The position numbers and the translations under genes are program-made. Shown piece after piece: positions 9,086-18,253 of a stretch of 64,000 bases of DNA. Positions within the stretch are counted from its first letter, which is position 1. Each line of letters starts with the position of its first letter. The DNA comes from Flaviflexus sp. (GTDB lineage: Bacteria > Actinomycetota > Actinomycetes > Actinomycetales > Actinomycetaceae): NCBI RefSeq assembly GCF_041440645.1, contig NZ_JASDVN010000047.1:2660-66659 (forward strand). The letters are read 5' to 3'. The notes under the pieces are model-generated. The model saw only the letters and a program-made list of their open reading frames with translations. It was not told the DNA's origin and searched no databases.

Positions 9086-9184
9086 TTGGGTTCCGTAGTT
9101 AAGAAGCGTCGTAAGCGCATGTCCAAGAAGAAGCACCGTAAGCTGCTTCGTAAGACGCGCCACCAGCGTCGCAACAAGAAGTAA
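9086..9184 (+). CDS. 30S ribosomal protein bS22 (AURKAIP1/COX24-domain micro-protein), 32 aa
   Basis: TTG start 6 nt after GGAGGT. Translation is MGSVVKKRRKRMSKKKHRKLLRKTRHQRRNKK, close to the mycobacterial bS22 sequence as I recall it. Followed by a strong terminator. Too short for the ORF track. Confidence 0.85.
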   Translation: MGSVVKKRRKRMSKKKHRKLLRKTRHQRRNKK

Positions 9185-9189
9185 GCATC

Positions 9190-9222
9190 GTGGGTCCGGA
9201 ATGTCCGGACCCACAGCTTTTA
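9190..9222 (+). terminator. Rho-independent terminator after bS22
   Basis: 11-bp perfect stem GTGGGTCCGGA/TCCGGACCCAC, 3-nt loop, tail AGCTTTTA. Confidence 0.8.
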
Positions 9223-9231
9223 GGAACCGCA

Positions 9232-9498
9232 ATGTACACGCTGATTGTTAGGCAAGGATGCCACCTCTGCGAGCAGGCCGAGATCTCGCTCGCGCAATTG
9301 GAATCAGAAACGGGACTGGCGTGGCAGACCGTCGACATCGATTCGGATCCCGCGCTCGCAAAGTACACGAACGACCTGCCCGTCCTCCTCGAGGGCGGCA
9401 AGGTTAAGGCGATCCTCACGTCATCAAAGGCGGCCCTAGCGAAAGCGACACGCCCAACTCTCCTGGGCAGAATCAAAAGTAGTTTACATTTGAACTAA
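9232..9498 (+). CDS. Glutaredoxin-like (DUF836-type) thiol-disulfide protein
   Basis: MYTLIVRQGCHLCEQA has a CxxC motif in a thioredoxin-fold context. Start moved to ATG 9232 because the ORF-track N-terminus covers the upstream terminator. Confidence 0.7.
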   Translation: MYTLIVRQGCHLCEQAEISLAQLESETGLAWQTVDIDSDPALAKYTNDLPVLLEGGKVKAILTSSKAALAKATRPTLLGRIKSSLHLN

Positions 9499-9534
9499 TT
9501 TTGGTAGGATTGCTCCTTGTAGAAGGAGTGGTAC

Positions 9535-10002
9535 ATGTCGGAGGACAATATCTGGCTGGCGGCCGATGAGCAGGCGGCCTGGCGAAACTATTTGCGTGGA
9601 TCGGCGCGACTCAATGCTCAAATCGGACACGACATGTTCGAGAACAACGGTCTGACCCTCAACAAGTACGAGGTTCTCGTCAGGCTTTCCGAGTCGCCGG
9701 ACTGGACCTTGCGCATGTCCGACCTTGCCGACGATCTCGTTCACTCCCGTAGCCGCCTCACCCGCACCGTGGCCTCCCTGGAGGAGGACGGATTCGTGGT
9801 ACGTGAGACGTGCGCGATCGATGGTCGTGGGCGCAACTGTCGCATGACCAGTGCCGGTTACGACCTGCTGTCCAGCCTCGCACCCGATCACGTCAAGTCC
9901 GTGCGCAAGCATCTGCTAGAGAAGATAGGTCACGACGATCTCCTTGTTCTCGGCAGAATCATGTCCACTCTTCTCGAGGATCCGGCCACTCCGGAGAGCT
10001 GA
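9535..10002 (+). CDS. MarR-family transcriptional regulator
   Basis: 155 aa with a winged-HTH core (LNKYEVLVRLSESPDWTLRMSDLADDLVHSRSRLTRTVASLEEDGFV). Confidence 0.85.
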   Translation: MSEDNIWLAADEQAAWRNYLRGSARLNAQIGHDMFENNGLTLNKYEVLVRLSESPDWTLRMSDLADDLVHSRSRLTRTVASLEEDGFVVRETCAIDGRGRNCRMTSAGYDLLSSLAPDHVKSVRKHLLEKIGHDDLLVLGRIMSTLLEDPATPES

Positions 10003-10041
10003 CGGTACCTTTTTCCCAGACTGATGTGGCACTGTTGACCT

Positions 10042-10716
10042 ATGGAACTGACGACCATTCACCTTGTTCGCCACGGCGAAGTCGACAACCCTACCGGAAT
10101 TCTTTACGGTCGCCGTCCAGGATTTCACCTCACTGAGCTCGGCAGGGCCATGGGTGAAGAAGTGGGTAAGGCATTCTCGACGGGGCACGATGTTCGCTAC
10201 GTAGCGGCCTCCCCGCTTGAACGCGCTCAGGAAACGGCAGCACCCACGGCCGAGGCAACCGGACTGCCGATCGAGGTCGACGAAAGACTGATCGAGGCGG
10301 GAAACAACTTTGAGGGAGTGGCGGTCAACAAGAACCGTCTCGTCCTTGCGCACCCCCGCTACTGGTCCTGGTACACGAACCCGTTTGAGCCCTCCTGGGG
10401 CGAGCCCTACACGAACGTTGTGCGACGCATGAGCGGAGCTGTCGCCACCGCCCTGGTTGAGGCCCGCGGCGGTGAGGCTGTCCTGTTCAGTCACCAGCTG
10501 CCAATCTGGACGATGAGAAGATTCGTGGAACGCAAGTGGCTCGCGCACGATCCGCGCAAGCGTCAGTGCTCCCTTGCCTCCGTCACGTCCCTGACCTTTG
10601 CCGACTCCCAGCTCCTCGCGCTGGACTACTGGGAGCCCGCGGCAGGGCTATTGAACAAGGCATCCGACATGGTTCCCGGCACCTCAGCTGCGGCAGAAGC
10701 GAGAGGCAACAATTGA
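10042..10716 (+). CDS. Histidine phosphatase (phosphoglycerate mutase) family protein
   Basis: RHG catalytic motif at the N-terminus (IHLVRHGEVDNP) and a downstream SHQLPI His motif. Its position before the cytochrome c maturation genes matches Rv0525-like synteny. Confidence 0.85.
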   Translation: MELTTIHLVRHGEVDNPTGILYGRRPGFHLTELGRAMGEEVGKAFSTGHDVRYVAASPLERAQETAAPTAEATGLPIEVDERLIEAGNNFEGVAVNKNRLVLAHPRYWSWYTNPFEPSWGEPYTNVVRRMSGAVATALVEARGGEAVLFSHQLPIWTMRRFVERKWLAHDPRKRQCSLASVTSLTFADSQLLALDYWEPAAGLLNKASDMVPGTSAAAEARGNN

Positions 10717-11249
10717 GGAAAGCTTCCCTCCTGCTCCTCGTACCCCTCCTCGCCGCCTGCTCATCAACGCTTGATGCTGGTCAGCAGTACGACGGTGGAG
10801 ACGCGAACTACGTCATGTGGGACGAGTCGGAACGCCAAGACCCCGTATCCGCCAGCGGCACCACCTTCGAGGGAGACGACATCAACCTCGAGGATCTGCG
10901 TGGTGACGTCGTCATCATCAACACGTGGTACGCGGCGTGCCCGCCGTGCCGTGCGGAAGCGGCCGACCTCAACGCGATCGCGGAGGACTACGCGGGTGAC
11001 GTGACCGTCATCGGCGTCAACGTGCGCGACAACGCCGCCACCGCCCAGGCGTTCGAGCGATCGTTCGCGACCCCGTACGAATCGATTGACGGAACCGACG
11101 GAAGCTTCATTGCCGATCTCGAAGGAACGGTGCCGCTTCAGGCGGTGCCCACGACTCTCATTCTTGACGCCGAGGGCAGGCCGGCAGCGCGCTACATCGG
11201 CCAGATCAATCCGGAGATCGTGCGAGGCATGATTGACGACACCCTATGA
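10713..11249 (+). CDS. TlpA/ResA-like thiol-disulfide oxidoreductase lipoprotein
   Basis: Lipobox LLAAC and thioredoxin motif WYAACPPC. The TTG start overlaps the upstream stop (TTGA). The ORF-track start 10536 lies inside the upstream gene. Confidence 0.85.
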   Translation: MRKASLLLLVPLLAACSSTLDAGQQYDGGDANYVMWDESERQDPVSASGTTFEGDDINLEDLRGDVVIINTWYAACPPCRAEAADLNAIAEDYAGDVTVIGVNVRDNAATAQAFERSFATPYESIDGTDGSFIADLEGTVPLQAVPTTLILDAEGRPAARYIGQINPEIVRGMIDDTL

Positions 11250-12007
11250 TGTCGATGTCCGTGGCTGACTCCTTTGTTCAGGCGGTCACCGCTGGTCCCA
11301 TGATCATTGCCCTGGGGGCCGCGATGGTGGCGGGACTCGTCTCGTTCGCTTCCCCCTGCGTGCTTCCCCTCCTACCCGGATACATGGGGTACTTCTCGTC
11401 GATCGCACCCGAATCGACGGACGGGAAGAAGGGACTGCGCATGGCGGGTCTCGTCTCCCTGTTCGTTGCCGGATTCTCCGCGGTCTTCGTGCTGCTGGGG
11501 GTCGTGTTCTCGGCGGCCGGTGCCAGGTTCACCCAGTACCAGGACGCCGTCATGGTCATTGCGGGAATCATCATCATCGTCATGGGCATCGCCTTCATTG
11601 GCGGTTTCCCGTTCCTGCAGCGCACGACCAGGCTCAACCTGCAACGCAGGGCAGGCCCACTTGGGGCAGTGCTGCTTGGTGCCGTATTTGGCCTGGGCTG
11701 GACCCCCTGCATCGGCCCCACCCTTGCGGCGGTCCTGTCGATGTCGTTCTCCACGGGTAGCGTCGAGCGAGGCACGATCCTCACGGTCTTCTACTGCCTG
11801 GGGCTCGGGCTGCCCTTTATCTTTGCCGCACTCATGGTTGATCGGTCCCCGAAGATCCTGACCTGGCTGCGCAAGAACATGCGCAACGTTCAGATCTTCG
11901 GTGGCGTCATCCTCATTGCGATTGGCGTACTCATGGTGACGGGCTGGTGGACCGACCTCATCAACTGGATCGCGAACCTGTCCGGCCAGACAGAGCTGGT
12001 GGTGTGA
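11246..12007 (+). CDS. ccdA: Cytochrome c biogenesis thiol-disulfide transporter CcdA (DsbD family)
   Basis: Six-TM protein with conserved Cys in TM1 (FASPCVLPLLPGY) and TM4 (GWTPCIGP). Confidence 0.9.
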   Translation: MMSMSVADSFVQAVTAGPMIIALGAAMVAGLVSFASPCVLPLLPGYMGYFSSIAPESTDGKKGLRMAGLVSLFVAGFSAVFVLLGVVFSAAGARFTQYQDAVMVIAGIIIIVMGIAFIGGFPFLQRTTRLNLQRRAGPLGAVLLGAVFGLGWTPCIGPTLAAVLSMSFSTGSVERGTILTVFYCLGLGLPFIFAALMVDRSPKILTWLRKNMRNVQIFGGVILIAIGVLMVTGWWTDLINWIANLSGQTELVV

Positions 12008-13533
12008 TGGAAACCGTTCGTAGCAAGCAGGACACGGAAATGACCGCCCCCAAGGGATTTGGGTGGCGGGGGTGGCTCCGGTGGGGGTGGCGCCAGCTCA
12101 CCTCGATGCGCAACGCCATCATCATGCTGCTCCTGCTGGTGATCGCTCTGATCCCCGCCTCGATCCTGCCCCAGAAGCGCCAGGATCCTCTCCTTGCCCA
12201 GCAGTGGATCGATGACAGTGGGGTGTGGGGCAAGATCCTCGACGCACTCGGGTTCTTCAATCTCCTGACCGCGCCCTGGTTCGCCGCCATCTACATCCTG
12301 CTCTTCATTTCTCTCGTCGGTTGCATCGTGCCTCGCAGCATCCAGCTCGTGAAGGACCTGAAGGCTGGCCCCGGCAAGGTGCCGCACCGCCTCACCCGCT
12401 ACGACTCCTACCAGTCCGTGGAAACGGACCTGGGCGAGGAAGAAGCATTGGAGATGGTGAGGGGGAACCTGCGCGGGTTCCGCACCGTGATCCGGGGCAA
12501 CACGCTGTCCGCTCAGAAGGGCTACCTTAGGGAGGCAGGGAACCTCCTGTTCCACATGTCCCTCCTGGGGCTCCTCATCGTCTTTGGTCTCTCGCAGGCC
12601 GTGTCGTACCGCGGTCAGGCCATCATCGTGGAGGGCGGCACGTTCGCGAACTCGGTGCTCTCCTACGACACGTTTAACCGCGGCATCCTCGTATCGGAGG
12701 ACTCGCTGCCGCCCTATCGGGTGACGCTGGACGAGATGGTTCCAGAGTTTTACGAGGACGGTGCACCCTCGGCCTTCCGTGCCACGGTCACCGTGTCGGA
12801 GAACGGCGAGGAACGCTCCGAGGTGGTCCGCCCGAACGAACCCATCGTTGTGGGTGGCGCCAACATGTACCTCTCGGGCAACGGCTACGCCCCCCACATC
12901 AGGATCACGGACGCCGATGGCAACATCGCTCTCGATGAGTATGTGGTCCTTCCCGACATCACCCAGGACTACATCTCCACGGGTGTCATCAAGGTTCCCG
13001 ACGTGACCTCCGGCCCGCAGCTGGGCTTCCAGGCAACCCTGTTCCCGACGGCGCAGGAGATGGACGGGGTGATCATCTCGGTTAACCCGGATGCTCTTAA
13101 CCCTGTCCTTGTCACGACCACGTGGACGGGTGATTTGGGATTGGATGAGGGCATCCCCCAGAACGTGTACTTCCTTGATACGGAGAACATGGAGCTCGTG
13201 ACCGAACCCGTTGGTAAGACCGAGGTTGGTGTGCTCACGACGCTCGGTGTTGGGCAGAGCGCTGAGATCCCCGGCGGGCACGGAACGATCGAGTTCGTCG
13301 ATCTCGCCCGGTTCGCCGCATTCGACATGCGGTATGATCCCACTCTTGGATGGATGCTGTTCTTCGCGGTGCTGGGGCTGTCCAGCCTCGCCGGTTCCCT
13401 CCTTATCCCGACCCGCCGCGTGTGGGTACGCTACGAGGAGGGCACGTTGCACGCCGCGGCGATCGGTAAGCGCAGCGACGAAGGACTCGATGCAGTCGTG
13501 TCCACTACTCTTGGGCTCAAGGAGAACTCATGA
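12007..13533 (+). CDS. resB: Cytochrome c biogenesis protein ResB/Ccs1
   Basis: N-terminal TM segments (LTSMRNAIIMLLLLVIALIP), a large extracytoplasmic domain and a C-terminal TM. The ATG overlaps the ccdA stop (TGATG). Confidence 0.9.
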   Translation: METVRSKQDTEMTAPKGFGWRGWLRWGWRQLTSMRNAIIMLLLLVIALIPASILPQKRQDPLLAQQWIDDSGVWGKILDALGFFNLLTAPWFAAIYILLFISLVGCIVPRSIQLVKDLKAGPGKVPHRLTRYDSYQSVETDLGEEEALEMVRGNLRGFRTVIRGNTLSAQKGYLREAGNLLFHMSLLGLLIVFGLSQAVSYRGQAIIVEGGTFANSVLSYDTFNRGILVSEDSLPPYRVTLDEMVPEFYEDGAPSAFRATVTVSENGEERSEVVRPNEPIVVGGANMYLSGNGYAPHIRITDADGNIALDEYVVLPDITQDYISTGVIKVPDVTSGPQLGFQATLFPTAQEMDGVIISVNPDALNPVLVTTTWTGDLGLDEGIPQNVYFLDTENMELVTEPVGKTEVGVLTTLGVGQSAEIPGGHGTIEFVDLARFAAFDMRYDPTLGWMLFFAVLGLSSLAGSLLIPTRRVWVRYEEGTLHAAAIGKRSDEGLDAVVSTTLGLKENS

Positions 13534-14474
13534 ACTTGGAAGAAGTCAGCCTCACGCTGGTGTACGGGGCCATGGCCGCGTACACGATCGCAATGATCGC
13601 GTTCAGCATCGATCTCACGACCGCTGACCGCAAGCAAGAGGTGCGTAGGGCCGCCAACATCGGCATGTCCGTCACGGTTCTCGGCTTCTTCCTGCACCTG
13701 GCCGGTACGATCCTGCGCGGTATTGCAGGCTCGCGCGTTCCGTGGGCAAACATGTACGAGTTCACCCTGACCTTCACGTGCGTTGCCGTCGGCACCTACC
13801 TCGTGCTTGCTCGCAAGCACGACCTGAGGGTGCTCGGAACGTTCGTCAACGGTCTCGCGCTTCTCTCCCTCGGCATCGCCGTCGCCGTGCTGTACGTGCG
13901 GGTTCAGGGCACGCCCCCGATCCTGGACCACTACTGGCTCGTCATCCACGTCTCCACCGCGACCCTCGCCATGGGCCTATTCGCGTTCGCCGCCCTCATG
14001 TCCGCCCTTCAACTCGTCCAGCTCCGCAAGGAAGAAAAGGCGAAGGAGATGGCCAATGCCAAGGCCAAGGACAGCGTTGTTGCCAATGTTGGCGCCGGTG
14101 GCTCCGAACCAGTCACGAGTGGCGAGACTCAGGAGAAGGCGTCGCGTTGGCGTTCCCTGCCGTCGGCTAAGGAACTCGAGTCGGGTGCCATGTGGGTGAC
14201 GGTTGTTGGCTTCCTCCTGTGGACCTTCACCCTGATCGCTGGCGCGATCTGGGCTGAGCACGCCTGGGGCCGCCCCTGGAACTGGGATCCGAAGGAGACC
14301 ATGTCTCTCGTCGTGTGGGGCTTCTACGCCGCCTACCTTCACGCACGCACCACCCGCGGGTGGGAGGGCAAGCGAGCAGCCTGGTTGAACATCATCGGCA
14401 TTCTCGCCCTCATGGTTAACTACTACGTCATCAACTTCTTTGTCGACTCCCTGCACTCCTATGCGGGGGTCTAA
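13530..14474 (+). CDS. ccsA: Cytochrome c-type biogenesis protein CcsA/ResC (heme handling)
   Basis: Trp-rich heme motif WGRPWNWDPKE and a polytopic membrane profile. Start overlaps the resB stop. Confidence 0.9.
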   Translation: MNLEEVSLTLVYGAMAAYTIAMIAFSIDLTTADRKQEVRRAANIGMSVTVLGFFLHLAGTILRGIAGSRVPWANMYEFTLTFTCVAVGTYLVLARKHDLRVLGTFVNGLALLSLGIAVAVLYVRVQGTPPILDHYWLVIHVSTATLAMGLFAFAALMSALQLVQLRKEEKAKEMANAKAKDSVVANVGAGGSEPVTSGETQEKASRWRSLPSAKELESGAMWVTVVGFLLWTFTLIAGAIWAEHAWGRPWNWDPKETMSLVVWGFYAAYLHARTTRGWEGKRAAWLNIIGILALMVNYYVINFFVDSLHSYAGV

Positions 14475-15384
14475 GGCAGTCGCACTTCTTGCCGCACTAG
14501 CTCTGGCCGGGTGCGGTGGCGCGGACGATCTGAGAGCGCGCTGGCTGGTCCTGCCGTCCCCACCGCACACGCTGACCAACACGGGCCCGGGTAGTCCCGA
14601 GGTTACCGAGATCGACCTGCTCAACACCAGCTTCGCGCTGAGCGACATCGAGTTCATGGAACCGTTTGATCGTGGCGTGTTTCCGGAACGCACGTTCGCG
14701 GCTGGCCTCACACCCGATGGTGGGTACCAGCTTGATTTCGAAAACGGCAGCGCTGCTCTCGAGCTTGGGAGCGAGGCAGTGCGAGACGGGACCGCCACGT
14801 TGGAGATCTCGTTCGGTCCTGAGGACATCTACTACTCGGACATGAACGTCGACGGATTCCAGGATGCCATGATCGTGTTCGACCAAACCGTCACCTACAG
14901 GGATTCGAGCCTTGAGGATTCCTCTGGTATGGGACTGCTACTGATCTCCTACGACGGGGGAGTGGGCAGCACCTACTATTTCAATCCCGGTCCCGTCACC
15001 TCGATTTCCGCCATCGACGGCGGCTTCTCCATGACCGCACGTAAGGATGGGCTTTCGGACACGATCGAGGTTGGCATGCCGGAGGGAGTGCCCGTCCGCA
15101 TCGACTCCGAGGGCGGATCTGTTCAGTGCGTTGACGACATCGACGAGATCAGACTTGCTCAAGAGCAGGAGCCGTTTGAACGGGACTCCATCCACCCTTA
15201 CCCCGGCGTGGGGGAGGTCGCGGGATACGAAGAGTTTGCACTCTTTGAGGTGCCGATCGATCCGCTCGAGACGAACACTCTCATCTCATCGGGATACGCG
15301 CAGGTTATCTTCCTGGCCGATGGAGGGGATATTAACCGATGGACGGATTACCGCTGCGGTTGGGTTGCGCTGGACGACCTGTAG
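14461..15384 (+). CDS. Hypothetical lipoprotein
   Basis: Signal peptide and lipobox (MRGSKAVALLAALALAGCGG). Acidic soluble domain with no family I can name. Confidence 0.55.
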   Translation: MRGSKAVALLAALALAGCGGADDLRARWLVLPSPPHTLTNTGPGSPEVTEIDLLNTSFALSDIEFMEPFDRGVFPERTFAAGLTPDGGYQLDFENGSAALELGSEAVRDGTATLEISFGPEDIYYSDMNVDGFQDAMIVFDQTVTYRDSSLEDSSGMGLLLISYDGGVGSTYYFNPGPVTSISAIDGGFSMTARKDGLSDTIEVGMPEGVPVRIDSEGGSVQCVDDIDEIRLAQEQEPFERDSIHPYPGVGEVAGYEEFALFEVPIDPLETNTLISSGYAQVIFLADGGDINRWTDYRCGWVALDDL

Positions 15385-16453
15385 CCATCAGCCTCGCCAA
15401 CCGATCAATGAGCAGACCAACAGCTCCCATGATCACGATGTTGATCGGGGAGAGCAGGAGCATGGCAGAGAGCCGTGACGTGTCGGAAGCGACCTTCACG
15501 TAACCGGAGAACCAGGTTCCCGCCACGAGCGTGACGGCCGTGAGCACGACAAATGCGCAGGGCAGATCCCACTTACTTGATTGCAGGCATTCCTTGCGCC
15601 ACGCGAGCGTGGCAAAGACGATGGAGATGGCTCCGAGTGGCAGAGCGATCGCCGTCCAGGGACCGGTCTGGAGGGCCGCGAGAAGGCCCGTGCCGGAGGT
15701 ATCGGGACCACCCAGGGGACCCAGGTCAACGCTCCACGTGAGGATGCCGGCGTGGATGGCGGACCAGACTCCGCTTGCGAGGTTACCCAGCAGCAACCAT
15801 GACGAGGGTCCCCAATCGTAGGACACAGTGAGGACGATGCAGGTGACGAGAGCAATTGGTAGGCCGGTTGCGAGCGCGTACCGCATCGCAAACAGCCAGG
15901 CGGGCCGCTGATGGTGGGCCGAGTAACGGCCCATCGCGGAAAAAACGGTTCCGATCAGGAGCGCACCCGCCGCCAACAAGAACACGTTCGAGGTGAGGTC
16001 AGCCCTTGACGTTTCGGGGTTGAGGAGGCTCGCAACGAACCATGCGATGCCGCAGGTAAGTAGAAGAACGATGCCGGAGGAGGCGCCAGCAACCAGCCGG
16101 TCCGCGTTGTTGATGCAGGGATTCTTCTGCTCGGATGCCTTGTGGCACTTGAAGAGAATGATGGCTGCGAGGGCGGTGAAGATGAAGGGGATGGCGACAA
16201 AGGTGAAGCCCACTGTACCGACTGCCAGATCGACCTCACCTGCCGTGAGCCCACCGAAGGCTGCCAGGGACACGAGTAATGCACCCAGGGTGAAGGGGAT
16301 GGGCTGTCCCGTGGCCTCGCTGATTGCTGGGATGGTGCCCGCTATGCCGGTGGCGAGGGCGGCCGCGATGAGAACGGCAAAGTACGCCGCCACGGGGGCG
16401 CCGACAATGGTTGATACCTCGAGGGGACTACTGCGAGGACGAGTCGCTGTCAT
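15332..16453 (-). CDS. Hypothetical polytopic membrane protein (about 10 TM)
   Basis: 373-aa hydrophobic ORF. The 5' end overlaps the stop of the upstream PLD_N gene. The 3' end overlaps the convergent lipoprotein gene by 53 nt. Confidence 0.55.
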   Translation of the reverse strand: MTATRPRSSPLEVSTIVGAPVAAYFAVLIAAALATGIAGTIPAISEATGQPIPFTLGALLVSLAAFGGLTAGEVDLAVGTVGFTFVAIPFIFTALAAIILFKCHKASEQKNPCINNADRLVAGASSGIVLLLTCGIAWFVASLLNPETSRADLTSNVFLLAAGALLIGTVFSAMGRYSAHHQRPAWLFAMRYALATGLPIALVTCIVLTVSYDWGPSSWLLLGNLASGVWSAIHAGILTWSVDLGPLGGPDTSGTGLLAALQTGPWTAIALPLGAISIVFATLAWRKECLQSSKWDLPCAFVVLTAVTLVAGTWFSGYVKVASDTSRLSAMLLLSPINIVIMGAVGLLIDRLARLMATGRPAQPNRSGNPSIG

Positions 16454-16805
16454 CCTCGTGGTCCCTCAGCTTCTTGTCGTACTGGGCGCGGCGCAGTTCC
16501 TCTTCGAGCTCTCGGAGGAAGTCCGGATCATCATCCGGAGCCATCGGGCCGGGGCGGGGTCCCTTATCTCGGGCGAGCGGACCGAGGTAGTCGGGGCCGG
16601 TGCCCTTGGGGCTGTTACGCGAGTTGTTGACGTAGTTGGCCACCAGGAAAATAATGGAGCCGACGATGGGCGGGACGATGGTGAAGATCACCCAGACCCA
16701 TTTATTGATTCCCGCCGGGGTGTTCTTGGGATTCATGCGAACCGCGACAACGAACGCGTAGACCACAATGGCTACGAGCACAATTACGAGAATCAATCTA
16801 GGCAC
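16428..16805 (-). CDS. PLD-nuclease N-terminal (PLDc_N) domain small membrane protein
   Basis: WVWVIFTIVPPIVGSIIFLVANY motif plus an acidic C-tail. GTG 16805 is preceded by GAGGGG. The ORF-track start 16952 is an overextension. Confidence 0.65.
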   Translation of the reverse strand: MPRLILVIVLVAIVVYAFVVAVRMNPKNTPAGINKWVWVIFTIVPPIVGSIIFLVANYVNNSRNSPKGTGPDYLGPLARDKGPRPGPMAPDDDPDFLRELEEELRRAQYDKKLRDHEDDSDSSSQ

Positions 16806-16855
16806 CCCCTCACTATAGGCGATGAGCCTGGTCAGGGTCACGGTAGGCTTATCCA

Positions 16856-17185
16856 GTGAGCATCCTGAAATACACCCTGATCCGCGTCCTCCTCGTGGTG
16901 GCATTTGGCGTGGTCCTCTATTTCCTCGGCATGAGGTCTTACCTGCTGGCATTCACCGCGATCATCTGCGGCGCCATGGCGGGATTCCTGTTCTTCCCCA
17001 GGCAAGGCCAGGAGGCGGCCGGAACCGTCGAAAAGCTCGTGACTCACAAGAACTCCAAGCCCAAGGATCCCAAGGAAGTCTCAGATGAGGACATCGAGGA
17101 CTCCCTCGTTGACGACGAGCTCGAGCACTCGGACGTAACCGATCTGAACTCGGACCTCGACCAGGGCAACTCGCAGACGTCATAA
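16856..17185 (+). CDS. DUF4229-like small membrane protein
   Basis: 109 aa with two N-terminal TM helices and an acidic tail. This type of gene sits next to menA in many actinobacteria (from memory). Confidence 0.55.
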   Translation: MSILKYTLIRVLLVVAFGVVLYFLGMRSYLLAFTAIICGAMAGFLFFPRQGQEAAGTVEKLVTHKNSKPKDPKEVSDEDIEDSLVDDELEHSDVTDLNSDLDQGNSQTS

Positions 17186-17278
17186 ACAGACCCCGTTTCC
17201 TCCCAGGACGCATCCGAAGATTCTTCAGAGAACGACGAGATCGATAAGTACGGGATCAGAAACGCGGGATCAATAAGC

Positions 17279-17316
17279 AACCCCAGCGGTATGACCGCTG
17301 GGGTTGATCTTTATTG
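17279..17316 (+). terminator. Rho-independent terminator
   Basis: AACCCCAGCGG/CCGCTGGGGTT: 11-bp stem, loop TATGA, tail GATCTTTATTG. Confidence 0.75.
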
Positions 17317-17383
17317 TTCTTGTGTCTCTGTCTGGAGAGGGCGCCCTGAGGGTTCGAGCCTGCCTAGCTGTTGGTGGTGATAT

Positions 17384-18253
17384 CTAGATGGCGAGGCCGA
17401 TGAGCAGGGTGATGCCGTATCCGAGCTCGATCAGGCCCGTGTCACGCAGAACGATGATGAGTTCGCGACCCTGTGCTCCGCCGAGGACTCGGCGTGCCTG
17501 CAGAGCAATGACGGGCAGGAGGATGAGGGACAGCAGGCCCCAGGGTGCGTCCAGAGCGATGATGATGGCCAGGATCATCGGGATGACGAGCATCGCGACG
17601 AACGTGAGGCGGGCGATCCTGTCTCCCATGCGGACGGCGAGGGTCTTCTTCCCGACCTGAGAGTCCGTGGGGATGTCACGGATGTTGTTGATCATGAGGA
17701 GAGCGCACGCGATGAGGCCGACGCCGATGGCTCCGAGCCAGGACGATGCGGGAAGCTGTCCCGCCTGGGTCCAGGTGGTGCCGAGGGTGGCGAACAGTCC
17801 GAAGAAGATGAAGACAAAGAGCTCGCCCAGGCCCATGTAGCCGTAGGGGTACTTGCCGCCCGTGTAGAACCAGGCCGCAACAATGGCGACAGCGCCGGCC
17901 GCCAGCAGCCACCAGGTGCCGGAGACTGCGATGAGGATGAGGCCGAGGAGTGCACCCACGGCGAAGCTCAAGAAGGCCGCGTACTTGACAGTCTTGGGGC
18001 TTGCCATGCCGCCACCGGTGAGTCTCGGAGGGCCGGTACGTACGTCATCGGTGCCGCGAATGCCATCGGAATAGTCGTTGGCGAAGTTGACGCCAATCTG
18101 GAAGGCAAGTGCCACACCACCCGCGAGGAGTGCTCGAATGAGGGAACCGGAGCCCACCTGAAGTGCTGCGCCCGTTCCGACGAGCACGGGCGCAATTGCG
18201 GCGGGGAGGGTGCGAACCCGCGCCCCCTCCATCCAGTCCTTAAACGAAGCCAC
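17384..18253 (-). CDS. menA: 1,4-dihydroxy-2-naphthoate polyprenyltransferase
   Basis: UbiA-family prenyltransferase with motif NFANDYSDGIRGTDD and about 8-9 TM helices. Confidence 0.9.
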   Translation of the reverse strand: MASFKDWMEGARVRTLPAAIAPVLVGTGAALQVGSGSLIRALLAGGVALAFQIGVNFANDYSDGIRGTDDVRTGPPRLTGGGMASPKTVKYAAFLSFAVGALLGLILIAVSGTWWLLAAGAVAIVAAWFYTGGKYPYGYMGLGELFVFIFFGLFATLGTTWTQAGQLPASSWLGAIGVGLIACALLMINNIRDIPTDSQVGKKTLAVRMGDRIARLTFVAMLVIPMILAIIIALDAPWGLLSLILLPVIALQARRVLGGAQGRELIIVLRDTGLIELGYGITLLIGLAI

